A stretch of DNA of 64,000 nucleotides from Yuukianura sp. NJ FZ-2021 (taxonomy: Eukaryota): contig CM102288.1 of NCBI GenBank assembly GCA_046563655.1, positions 2,666,001-2,730,000 on the forward strand. Direction: 5' to 3'. The position numbers and the translations under genes were made by a program. Shown piece by piece: positions 23,601 through 35,054 of this stretch. Below the pieces are notes generated by a model, which was not told where the DNA came from, ran no database searches, and saw nothing but the letters and a program-made list of their open reading frames with translations. Numbering within the stretch: the first letter of the stretch is position 1; every line of letters begins with the position of its first letter.

Positions 23601-24357
23601 TACACGAAACTATCGATTTAGAACTACATCTTGCAGTTCCATCAAAAAACACACGCTGTCTGGCCCTCCCCTGTCCAGAAAAACCTTGACCAATCAATAC
23701 ACATTCATAAATGGACACAACTTAAATTAAAGTGGGTTCGACGCCCACTCTCTCCGCTAAAATTTTCAACTTTTCCATTAACATTTTGCTATTCTAGTAT
23801 TTAGCACTCCAGTAGCAACTTACTTCAATGCTCAACGCAAAATGCAATGAATAGGAAAACGAGCATTTCAAAAAAATTGCCAAAAAAATATTTCCAAAAA
23901 ATCTTCTTCCAAATCGAATTCGACACATCGCGAGTTGCTAAAATTTTGAACTTTCTTGGTTACAACTATTTCCAACCAACATGACCCCCAGAATTGCCCT
24001 ATTTTACACCAAATTTCAACTTTGCATTGACACAATTCCTTTAATTCCAGAATATCTCAAAACCTTACCATTTTTAGGAGAAAATTCTTCATCATCCATT
24101 GAGGCCGTATCCATATCATCTTGTGGAGATGAATTAAAGTAATTTCCGGAACATTGACTACTGAAATCCTCCCACATCTCTCCATTTGTAGAAGATTCGT
24201 GACGGAGTCGCTTGGACGCTGGTGGCATTCCATTGAGACTGGACGCGTCAAGTCCAGAACCATTGGTGAGTTCCGTCTTGATTGTCATCACAGTGCCACC
24301 GCCTCCCTGGAGGTCAAGGGTCCTCGACTGCAGTGGCAGTGGGGCCGTCGCAAACAT
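11640..24357 (-). CDS. EcR: Ecdysone receptor (NR1H1), isoform A, ~495-497 aa. Exons 24357-24069, 16514-16356, 15259-15119, 14700-14573, 14114-13965, [12906-12754 or 12711-12553], 12291-12069, 11961-11860, 11782-11640
   Basis: C4 zinc-finger [115 protein letters not shown]...[21 protein letters not shown]...[10 protein letters not shown]...[18 protein letters not shown]...LTELRTLGN...FLAEIWDV. All junctions are GT-AG and in phase. The first exon has IKTE (SUMO-type motif) and PASKRLR (NLS), typical of the EcR-A A/B domain. Confidence 0.97.
12553..12711 (-). CDS. EcR: EcR LBD alternative exon, downstream copy ([53 protein letters not shown])
   Basis: 159 nt, phase 0-0, acceptor ccttgacAG, donor AAG|GTCCAC, open frame, paralogous to 12754-12906. 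Not in the supplied ORF track. Confidence 0.9.
12754..12906 (-). CDS. EcR: EcR LBD alternative exon, upstream copy ([51 protein letters not shown])
   Basis: 153 nt, phase 0-0, acceptor gatgtcAG, donor AAG|GTAAAT. Encodes the H2-H4 region. Confidence 0.92.
13210..13321. repeat. Intronic minisatellite, 4 identical copies of the 28-mer AAAATCTCAGTTTCCTGAAGATTTCCTC, with degenerate copies over ~13110-13390
   Basis: Read directly from the sequence. Confidence 0.95.
14495..14560. repeat. Short tandem repeat, ~2.6 x 25 nt (TTTTTGAATTTGAAAC.G.C.GAAA)
   Basis: Read directly from the sequence. Confidence 0.8.
18696..19083 (-). CDS. EcR: EcR isoform B1-specific first coding exon (gives ~528-530 aa EcR-B1)
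   Basis: [11 protein letters not shown] (S-rich motif) and [12 protein letters not shown] (DL-rich motif), both characteristic of EcR-B1 AF-1. Phase-1 donor TCAG|GTATT joins common exon 16514 in frame (G-REDLSP). Confidence 0.9.
21657..21812. mobile_element. MITE-like element with ~23-bp terminal inverted repeats (possibly PIF/Harbinger Tourist-type) in an EcR intron
   Basis: TAAATTGCATCCGTTGTAACCAC (21657-21679) and GTGGTTACAATGGATGCAATTTA (21787-21809) pair with one mismatch. The right end continues GCC then TTA. Internal TGTAACC motifs are present. The left TSD is not clean. Confidence 0.6.
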
Positions 24358-27300
24358 GTTCCTGTCGCCTCCGTCGTGAGTTTAGGCCGCTTTTACGTCG
24401 CTTTTCGTCTTCAGTCAGTCAAATTGTTGCTTGGACTTGGTTTTAAAAATTCCCTCCGTCGTCCCCCTACGCCCAGAGTCGCCTTGGTACAGCTCCTAAA
24501 AGTACAAGAACACAAAAGAATTAGTTCAGCAATCAAAACCCAAATCGTGACCAAACTACAACTTCTCAGAGAACTACTTTGCCAATTACACTACTTTGAA
24601 ATGTGCAGATTCGTTCATCTTCTGCGTTTGATTTTAGTTCTTACAGGGCACTTTTTTTCGATTCTTACGATGAATCACGTCTCTGACCTCTACGACACAA
24701 CACAAAAAAGTCCCTGCATTTTAACGACTAACATAAACCTCAACTTTAAATTTCGAATCTAAAGTACTTTCGTTGTTCTGAAACAAGGCAAGGGCAAATT
24801 CGGACACTTTAATCATCGTTTAATGTCCAAACTCTAAAAAATTCGTGACCTTCACCTCCTTCAAGAACCGAGTAAATTGCAGTTTAGACTGCAAAAGCGC
24901 AGTCCTTAGTCACAATTTTATCAGTTTCCTTAATGAAACTCATGCAGTTTTGAGTCATCTCTTATTTAAACTACAACAGAGGAATTTGCACAACACTTAA
25001 AAATCAGAATTTAACTTCACTTTCATTTTACTACTTCTCACATTTCATTCAAACCAATTTAAAATTACATCAAAACCTTCACACTCAAAATCTTTTTATA
25101 AAATAGACAGCAAGATCATAAAACTCAACTTAACTTCCATCACATAAACAAAAACAACCAAAATTTTACGATTTTTCAAAATCCTACGTTTTTTTTTCGT
25201 CAAAATAACATTCTGCCGATAAAATACGCCAAAAAAAACTCCTTCCCAGAAATTTTGAACCGCTGAGAATTTCAAAAAATTTCAGCCGGCGGAGAAAACC
25301 GTTTTTCGTAAAAATTTTTTAAAATTCGTTCGGTTTTTTTTCCGGTCGTGACCCCCGTCTGTCCTTGCAGCTCCTATAAAAAAGCTTTTAGAGCTTACTC
25401 TCACACTGCATCATAAAATCTAAAAGGTCACGACTCTAACAATGCCTCTACTTCTTCCAGCACTGCAAGTATCTAGCAAGTATCCAAGTATACTGCCAGT
25501 ATCTACAAACTAATCAAGTTCTTCTAGTCTCCTAAGTAATTCCTCGTTCCATTATTCCTTCCAGAGTCTCCAGAACTCATTTTTGGAAACTAGGAAAGAC
25601 AATGCTTGACATTTCCTCAATTCCCCAAGCGGCCAGTCCTAAATCATCCAAAAAACTCAAATGCCGACAACTTCTAAGGTTCAATTATCGAAGAACAAGC
25701 CAAGACCAAACACTTTCTTCTGCAATTCTTAAATCCAAGAACCTAAAGCCATAAGATACACTTTTTCCTCTGCAATTTCTTAAATCCAAGGAGCCAAGAG
25801 CTAAGTACAAGTCAGCATGGAGCCAAAGCCACCCTCCGTCCCTCTGTCCTTCAATAAACCAAGGATACGCCTCACCAAACTCAAAAAAAAAATATCATCT
25901 TCATTTCATTCCATGCTCAAATTCGCATTTCGCAAAAAAAGCACAAAAAAAAAATTTGAAAATAAAAGACAGAGAGAGCCTAAAGTTGAATATATTTTTG
26001 CAAGGTTATTCGCGCAGCTCGCAAAACTTTTTTCCCAGGAGCAAACAGAGTGACATGCAAGCACACTAGCCTTTGTCCTGACTCGCTAAAAAATCGAAAT
26101 CGCCAATCCTACACCTTAGTGCAAAAACTTTTTGCAAACAGATTTTTGTCCCCTACTGTGTACATCCACTTGTGTAAAGAACCTCAAAAGACAGTGACGT
26201 AACGAGAATCTTCAGCATCTCAATGCAAAAATCCTGTTGCGATTAAAATTCGCAACAAGATGTGCTGCCTTCTAGCTCTCGTGTGCCACCTTCCTAAATT
26301 CGCCAATTCTGACCATCATGAACCTGAGGGTGGCAAAAAGTAAACAGTAAATAAACCTTTTAAAAACCTACTACATACCTCGTCAAGTCTTTTAAAATTG
26401 CAAGTGCGAAAACGTTGGTCCATCTTATAACAAGAGGATTTGGCTTGGAAAAGAGTTCTAAACTGGTTTTTTTGAATCTTGCCATTCCACTTACCTACTA
26501 AAAACATCTCTTCCTCAAACTTCAACAGAATAACCTCAAAGAAACAATGGATTTCCAACATTAAAAAGTGCAAAACATAAACCAAACGTTAGTTAAAGTC
26601 TACAGACATCTCAAATCTCAATTTTCATCCTTCGTACCTGATCATACCCTGCTTGACCCCGAGTTGACCTCAACTTCAATCAACTCCAAAAACCCAACGT
26701 CAAAATCCAAAATTCAAGTCCACTTCAAATCAAAATTGTAAAATCAAAAACCACAAAAAAATATAATGTAGTATCGGCTTACAATTTTTCAAAATTGCAG
26801 AAACTTGATACAAAATTGGTCACGCTGGTCTTGTCTTCCAATACTTTATAGCTTCCAAAACTAAAAATTGAAATTCAAGTAGCTCCACGGTATTCTGAAG
26901 AGCCAAAACTTCGAGTGATGTCGGACCTTGCTGATTACGAGTCGTAAAGTTACGATTGCGAAATTCCTATTGTGAACTTGTTAAATTTCGTAGTTTTAAA
27001 TTCCAACGACCTCCGATTCGGAATAAATACCGTGCTCAGACAGGAACTAGACCACAACTCGAGTGCTTTTTAGTCACTTCTAGACAAGTAGACCAACAGA
27101 GTAGCTAGTAGCATAGGAGCAATTGATGTCAATGCCATTGGGACTGGGTTTATCTTATTTACAGTAAATTATCCAGCCAGCCTTCCAGCACAAACCGTAA
27201 CCGTACACTCTAAAACTCTCAAACTGGAACCGACTCCAGCTTTCTAAACCAAACAAAACACAAAGTAGGTAGTAACATTATTAACTAATCTCGACACGTT

Positions 27301-27894
27301 AACCGCATCTCCAAAATGTGGCTAATTTGTACCACCATGCAACCAATACTACTTGTGGCCTTCTACAAACAATCGATTGCTCCATCCGGCCATAACAACA
27401 TGGTCGAAAGTATAAATGGAACCAATGACAAAGTCACTTGACCAACCCCCATAACATAAAACTAACAGAGAGACTTAACAAGCCGCATCTCATCAAATTT
27501 CAAACAACTATTCTTGCACAAAGAGATTAAAACTGCATGGATTTTACTTAACGATTACCACTTCCATCTTCACACTTTCAAACTCGCTACGTCCTTAACT
27601 CAAAGCTAAACAGAGGAAACAGGGGGTCGATTTAGCACTTTCAACTTACGTCACAAAATCCATTACCAATTCATAATCCAAAAAATAACCAATTCAAAAT
27701 TTTTACATAAGATAACCAAAAAACCATTTTCAAAAACTTTAACGCGCAAAAATAGAACAAAATCTCGCAAATTTTTGCAAAAAACGTGAAAATTTTTCCA
27801 AATCTCTCTCAAAAATTTACGAAATTAGGAAACAATTTTTACGAAAACTCCACTTTTTACTTCAGAACTTTCTTTTTTTTTTAAATTTACTTAC

Positions 27895-27965
27895 GAAAAC
27901 TGCTTTTCCTCTGCCGTCCGCACTGGACTGAGCGAGGTCAGCGACTGCCTACCGAAGACGACTGA
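27895..27965 (-). promoter_or_regulatory. EcR: Probable EcR-A transcription start and non-coding first exon
   Basis: Arthropod initiator TCAGTC (27965-27960), then ~70 nt of GC-richer sequence ending in a consensus donor C|GTAAGT (27894). The EcR-A coding exon begins with an acceptor (ttttAG, 24497-24496) and so needs an upstream exon. Confidence 0.6.
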
Positions 27966-30900
27966 AATTACAGAAGAAAGTAGAAAAAAAAGCGCGTTGG
28001 CGTGGGGTTTCGAACCTACAACAGCCTTTATTGTGACTCTGACTCTGACCTACCTCTGGAAAAGAACTGACCCACTTTACTCACTCTCTCATTCCCTATA
28101 CTCCGAATCCTATCTTTTCCCCCGAATTCGGAGAGATTCCATTGAGGACTCGTTTTTCGCGGGGCAGACAAGCCACCCCCGACCTTTAGCCACTCTCTCC
28201 ACGCTTCTGAGTCGGCAGACAGCGTAGCCTAGGTAAAAGTCAGAAGGCAGGGCATGGTAGAATCAATATCTGGCACAAGGATAACACTGGATACAACAAA
28301 CTTAACTTGAACAACGTCAACTTGGAGTCTAGTCTATGCTCTAAAATAGGTCAACAGCCTCCTCCCCGAATTCCAAGGTCCTTCTCATCTTCAATCCCAC
28401 GGCTTTTCCTATAAACTCAAATGGCCTTCAAACCACTTCGGAATGAGAACAGACAATAAGTTGAGCTAGGCCAAAAGAAATGTTGGAGCGTGCCTCGGAA
28501 AAAGTTACAAAACGGAGAAAATCAGGATGGAGAAAGTAAAAAAAAAAAGTAAAACGCCCACACACACCATACGTTTCAGTAATGAAGTTTGAGCAATGTT
28601 CTGAGCAGCATAGTGTATGCACAAGGGAAAGCGAAAACATGACACAATCGATTTCTCGCTCACTCAAATGGACGAAGAAACCCTGTTCAAACAAAAGTTA
28701 AGCCGACCGGGAGCCGGGTTAGACACAAAATGAAACGATTCTGGATCAACTGCTGAGTATCCTTAGCGATATCCACTTCACGCCTTACCAAGGTCACGAC
28801 GACAGCGTGACGATGGAAACGGTTAACATAGACGTTGAAACAGTTACATTCCTGCTCTGCACTTTCAGTCCAAAATGTCAAAGTTCAACTTAAGTTTAGC
28901 TTTGTTGGGACTCTCGAGCTATGAATTGTCAGCTAAACGTAGACGATGAAGCCAGTGATGAAAGATTTTGGAGTTTGAGTTAAGTGAGGTCAATATTACC
29001 ATAAACAGGAAATCTAGGAGACACCGGAAAAAATCTGTTATTCAAAATCAAAACTTTGAAGTTACAGAATTCTACTGAAAAAATGTATTCAATTCACCAA
29101 AAAATTTCCAATCCGCAACTCACTAGCTAGCAGCAGATACAGAAGTTTTTTTCAACAGAAGTTGAATATTCTTTTAAGCTTGATAGACATCTGAAAGCAA
29201 TAAAACGACATTTAATTCCCTCGAGAGCATCATGATCATCTCCTCTCTTAATAAGTTGTGAAGAATACGATTTCATTTTTCTCAGTAAACTAATCAAATC
29301 AAATCCATTCCATTGAGATTTAAGTGCTGAGGGGGTCACACGATCTAGAACTAAAACTCTCTCAGATTCTCCTGTTATGTTAGTCTTTCCACGCTCTTGA
29401 CCCCGATGATCTCTTAAATATGAGAAGGATACACAGAAAATGAATGGTAAGTTTAAGTTGACATAGAGTGTGCACGAGTTCATCTTCTATTGATAGTCTT
29501 TTGCTTCTAGTCCAGAAGAAGTCGAACACAAGATAAACACGAAATCAAAATTCGATTAGAAACGAGGAATTGGAGTTGAAGAAGGAAGCGAAGAGAATGC
29601 TGTCGAAATTCAATTGAACATACAAAGATTGTCATCTTCCGATGATACTGGAATGGCAATATGTCTTTAGTGTTTAGGCAAAAACAGTAGATTTCGTAGA
29701 ACTGATTAGAAACAAGAAAAGATCATCGACCTAGCTACATCTGAAGACATCCCACGTCAGAGTCCTCACAAGTTTGATTTAAACGAGACCAAAGAACTTT
29801 AGAATCTGCGCTGTCTGATGAGTCGCCTTTTCATCAATGAAATGACAGATGACAGATGAAGTAATTGGAAACTTGACTTTAAACCTCAACTTTATGTAAC
29901 AAAGAAAACATAATTTAAACTGAGACTTGATTGAAGTAGAGCGAATGAGACATTTGATTTAACGGTTCCTAGCAGGCTGTTAACGAATGAAATGTCGTCA
30001 AAGATCTGAATACTAACGGCGGACTGGTAATAACCTTGACAGAGTCTCACTTTGCAAAACGTAATCTTCCTTGGTAAATTACTTTAGTAAATTGAAGATT
30101 AGCATACCCTAAGGAGTCCTAAGGACGAGAATCCGCCGAAGCATATCATGGGTCAATCTAGCACGGCTTGAACGGAGTTCACACCTAGCCAACAAATTGT
30201 CTGCAGATGACGTTAGTAACTTCCTGTTAAGTTTTAAGTATTGTTGAAGATGGAACGATGAAACTTCCTTCCTACAACGTTTCCTGTAGCTCTGTCCTTT
30301 ACCGAGAAGTCTAAAAACAACAGACGCAAGACACAACAATCAAAACCAAAACAATCAATAAGCTAACCTAAACATCATAAAAAGCATAACCTAAACAGTA
30401 AACAGCAGTTTCGTTTCATTTGAAGAGAAAGTATTGAAACTCCATGCAGCAGAGCCCTTAAAGACCTTGAAGGTCGGTCGACAGAAACTAATTATTTGAA
30501 AAGTTTTTAGAGAATTACGATTAAATTGAGGTCACCTAAATATGAGACTAGGTTGGCTGCTGAAGCCATAAGCATGAGCTTATGAGAAAGTGAAACCATG
30601 AGAAGGAGAGGGAAAGGGACTTACAGTAAGTTACAGGCTATAACCTTAACAATTTCTGTAAGAGTATCAATTGAATGAGGATTACTTACCGTTGTGAGTT
30701 CTGGAGAAAAGAATCCCGGGATGATTGTCCTTTGTGGAAGTTAATTCATTGTGCTGGAAGTTGAGTAATTGTTCTGATTATCCAGTATATCACTTAAGTT
30801 TAGTAAACAGTGTCGGAGCGTTTGTAAAGTGTATGGATGATTGTAAAAAGAGAGAGGAATGAAAATGAAATGTACACAAATGAAGGAGGAGTTCAAATCC

Positions 30901-31134
30901 CTCTTTGGCTATATCTCAAGTGCTGCAGTGCTGTAAACTGTATCCTATGCTCGTCTCTTCCTATGCTTTTTAATGTGTAAAATCGAAAGGGTATTTTGTT
31001 GGATAATCTCTGTACATTTGGATATAACTAGTCCATGGCTATACCTTACAATGTGTTGCAGGGCCGGCACAAAGGTCAAACTATTTGGACGGCCTATTTT
31101 GGATCGATCACAATTTTGTTTGAGTTTGCGCGCG

Positions 31135-31298
31135 GTTTGTGCGCAGTTACGCAGTTTGTGCGCAGTTACGCAGTTTGTGCGCAGTTACGCAGTTTGTGCG
31201 CAGCTACGCAGTTTGTGCGCAGTTGCGCAGTTTGTGCGCAGTTGCGCAGTTTGTGCGCAGTTGCGCAGTTTGTGCGCAGTTACGCAGTTTGTGCGCAG
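31135..31298. repeat. Minisatellite, ~8.6 copies of the 19-mer GTTTGTGCGCAGTT(A/G)CGCA
   Basis: Read directly. It explains the repetitive three-frame ORFs at 30973-31345. Confidence 0.95.
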
Positions 31299-31543
31299 AT
31301 ATTTGTGCGCCCTATATAAATTTTATATATATTAATATTAGTTAATTTCATTTAATTATCTAATTACTTTTGTTTCGCACCAAAAAAAAATTAACCAAAA
31401 AAAACAATCGTAAAAAATAAGCCGATAAACTGAAACATACGTTACCTCCAAAATTAAAACTTTACGGTACCGCGACTTCGAGTGAAAGTGAGAAAGAGGA
31501 GGAGCTCCTGTCCCTTATTTAGAGAATCTACTGTACGTCTTAA

Positions 31544-31826
31544 CAGGGTTCGAAAATTACGGTATTTTTGCCGAAAACTACGTAACTTACGTAATTATCG
31601 TAACTTACGTAATCTACGTAAGATTGTAATTTTCAAAACAAGCCGCCTGCACCCCATTCCCATCCACAAACCATAAACTATTAATATCTAGTATCTAATT
31701 GCGTTAAAAATCAAACCAAGGCCTGATAGAAATCTACTGCGGTAGACAATATTTACTACTATTTTATTTTAAAGACTAAACTAATAACACACTTAACGCA
31801 ATTAACATTACAGCCTTCGAACCCTG
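31544..31826. mobile_element. Non-autonomous hAT-superfamily DNA transposon (MITE), 283 bp
   Basis: Perfect 11-bp TIRs CAGGGTTCGAA (31544-31554) and TTCGAACCCTG (31816-31826), flanked by a perfect 8-bp direct repeat CGTCTTAA (31536-31543, 31827-31834). 8-bp TSDs and CAGGG ends are hAT hallmarks. Subterminal 9-nt ACGTAA-type repeats at ~31578-31622. Confidence 0.9.
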
Positions 31827-32648
31827 CGTCTTAAAAGTCATAGCTCGGCATCCGATCCGCAATCTCCGATCTCACATTTTTGGGAACGGGGAGCGCCGCT
31901 CTCCGCTCTTTTCAAAAAGAGCGGGGAGCGGAAACGTGAGAACGAAGGGAATTTTCCGATCTTTTTCCGCTCCCGTTTTCCGCTCCTAATGTTAATAGTA
32001 CGGAAAACAGAGATCAGGGATTGCCGCTCCCAGAGCGAAGGGTAGTCGAAAAGAAAGGAGAGCAGAGCCAGCGAGAGCGGAGGGTAAGATCAAAAGATCG
32101 GGGAACGGGTGCATGGGAGCTGAGCAGAAGTGCCGAACTTTGTGAAAAGTTAGAGTAGAGGTGAATTTCTACAATTCTGGCACGTCCAAGTGGATTTTCC
32201 AAAATTCAAATACGTCTGAAAGCTACAGTACAGATGAATTTTTCATCATTCAAATACCCCAACGATTACATTTGAACTGAATTCCTCAAAGTATAACACA
32301 TCTTAAATGCACGCTGAATTTTTAAAATTAATCAATCCTATTATCAAATTAACTTATTTCAGTTTCGTCGATTAATCGTGTTTTCACAAATTCCTTAAGC
32401 CAGACTGTTGACGGTCCTGAATCAGTGGGTGTAGGGTCATTTTTGTCGGTTCCCATTGACGTGCAGTGAAGTTGAAAGTGAGTCCAAGGGCATTTGATGA
32501 TGAGTGGGGTGCGCATGTGTGGCGCCTCTCATGGGAAAAACCTGCAGCTCATCCACCTCTTGCTCAAAACTTATACGAGGCGGCGCCGCAGCAGCATTCA
32601 GCATGCTTTGCATTTTTTTCATACCGCGAAAAAGTGCATGCCAAAAAA

Positions 32649-35054
32649 ATGGGCCAGACGAGACGCCGTAGTCCACGCCCTTCTGCCCTCACGAAGAAGT
32701 GGGAAAAGATAGCGTCCTCCTTCAGTTTCTGCTGGCGAGACACAGACCGCGTGCCTCTTCGCACTTTAGCTCCCTTTGACCCCCGTGTTTCATGTACTAA
32801 TTCAACAATTTCACCTTCACCAGTATTCGCTACGTGGGCTCCACGACCTCTGACACGGTAAGAACCAACTGTTACAAACTGTTAATCATCAATTACTCAT
32901 TAATCATCGCTTCAATCCAAGAGTAGTTGAGCTCTTTCGCTGAGTACCGGCATGGGATGGGTGGGAAGTTTGAGCGGGAAGAGTCAAATCCCCACCTTAC
33001 CGCTCTCTTCTCTCTCCACTTACCAAAACAGAGATAAGCGTTTACTTAAGTGTAGTTAACTAAACATCATTTAGTACAAACTAATTAAGTTTATCCTGAT
33101 CTCTGCCTTAGGGACATGGGCTCACTGACAACACCATTGACTGTCACCAATTTACCTGTGACTTCATCCCAGCAAAACAATGATCCCGATGTGGACGTCA
33201 TCAATCTCATTCGAGAGTGGGAACTGGAAGAGACTAACGGAATTTGTAACAATCGTGACGAGGACAAGGTAATGCTCTTTTAAATGTATTGACAACAACG
33301 GAGAAAGTGTCAATAGGTCAAACGCCCCGAGGTCTGGTCAGTCTCAAGAAAATCCGTAATCCTTTTGTTTACTAACATTGGGATTAAGATAGGCAAATTG
33401 AAGGCATGTTTTAGCGGCTTAACGGCGGGCGGTAGTGTTCCAAAACATTAACTCTGCGGTAGGTCCCATCCCAATTTGCGATTATGAATTACCGTTAGAA
33501 CAGTAGTGTTTATTTTTGAAGAAACCGAAAAGGATTAGGCTAATTTCGAACTTTCCCTCTTTTTTCAAGAAATGAGTAGAATATTCCCGAATCCGGGTTT
33601 TTGGATGACGCAACTTTTATCATGTGTGGTTTACTTTTTTTTTGAAAGTTTTTATTGATGTTTCATTAATTCGTATCTTGTTTTGTTCCAGTCTCCGATA
33701 ATTTCTACGCAAACTACTACGACTTCGAACATCTCTCCACCGCTTTCAACTGTCAACAATTCAATTTGTACCGTATCTGTTACTGCAACGAACCCGCCGA
33801 CCCAAAATGGTCACCCGCTTAATCCGCTTCTTGACGCTGAACTCTCAACCCTCTCCAATTTACTGTCTGATGTCTACAATTACGAAAGAAAGCAACAGGA
33901 TCTAGTGTAAGAAATGCAATTTTCAATTAATTTTGCAGATTAATTTGCTGTTCCTGGATTGTCAATTCTGATTTCAATTTCTTTTTCTATAGGCTCCAAC
34001 TAATCGATGCATTAAGTTTGGTCAAACATTCATTAGAAGAGGAACTCATGAATGGAAATAATTTGAGTATTACTCTCCACGGTGTCCATGAGTTGATATC
34101 CACTGCCAGGAGGGCCAAAGGTGACGAGGTTGGAAGAGTCCTAGCGGACCTTCAACTCAAGCGAAAGATCATCGAGGGAGCTCTCATTAAAAATCTGGTA
34201 AACATTATTTATTGAAGAGAATTCGAAGTTTGTGACAGTTTCTGTATAATTTAATTTTTTTGAATTTTCAGGTGAACCCGTTGAGCTGCTTGAGTCGCTT
34301 GCCAAACGATCCTCTCCGGTTGATCCACACTATTACGTCATCCAAGCTGGGATCTCACACAAATACTAAACCGATGCAATTCCAAAACAACCAGCAACGT
34401 CTCCCACGATTCTACTTTGACATGGAAATCAATGGATTGATGTTGGGTCGAGTGGTCATCGAAACTCGACCGGACGTTGCTCCACGCATGTGTGAAAACT
34501 TCAAACAACTTGTGACTGGTGAACGCGGGTTCGGGTTCTTGGGTTGCTCTGTGTTTCAGTGCTGGCGCGGCGAATCCGTGAGTCTGACATTTTCAAAATC
34601 TTTGACAATTTCAAATTCACAAAAATATAACATTTTTTTTTGATTCCACAGGTTATTACTGGTGACTTTGAGCATAACAACGGGCGCGGTGGGCACTCAA
34701 TCTTCGAGACCGGTCTTTTTATGTAAGCAATTTGCAATATTTACCTAAACAATTGTCAGTTTTGAGATTTGAGTAATTCAATTTGCGTTTTTTAGGCCTG
34801 AAGATACACGTCTCCCTTCTACTCGCGGTTCCATTGGGATGCGACGTACCCAGAAGCGTCACGACTCCAAGGGCTTAGTCGGTTCTCAGTTTCGTATTAT
34901 TCTGCAGGACATGCCAGGCTTCACTGGGATCTTCGGAAGAGTCGTGGAGGGAATTGACCTGGTGGACAAAATCAGTGAATGCGGTGATCCCAGTGGAAAC
35001 CCGATGAAGCGTATTATCATCCGAAGATGCGGAGTTGCCGTCGCTTCGGCTTAG
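32649..35054 (+). CDS. ~473 aa protein with a low-complexity N-terminus, a helical middle region and a divergent C-terminal cyclophilin-like domain. Exons 32649-32857, 33112-33268, 33692-33906, 33993-34197, 34272-34577, 34652-34722, 34796-35054
   Basis: PRFYFDMEINGLMLGRVVIETRPDVAPRMCENFKQLVTGERGFGF...TGDFEHNNGRGGHSIF...GSQFRI...IFGRVVEGIDLVDKISECGDPSGNPMKRIIIRRCG matches the cyclophilin fold. All introns are GT-AG and in phase. The first exon is the least certain. Confidence 0.88.

Noticed and set aside
24154..24762. 202-aa plus-strand ORF, the longest in the track
   Set aside because: Antisense to the EcR-A exon and running into intron-like sequence. It starts at a non-ATG codon and has no recognisable domain.
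31059..31080. CAGGGCCGGC, resembling a second hAT terminal repeat before the minisatellite
   Set aside because: I found no matching right TIR or TSD.
31135..31298. Regular repeat array resembling a CRISPR, and the three overlapping ORFs at 30973-31345
   Set aside because: Units are head-to-tail with no unique spacers, there are no cas genes, and the context is eukaryotic. The ORFs are translations of a stop-free 19-mer.
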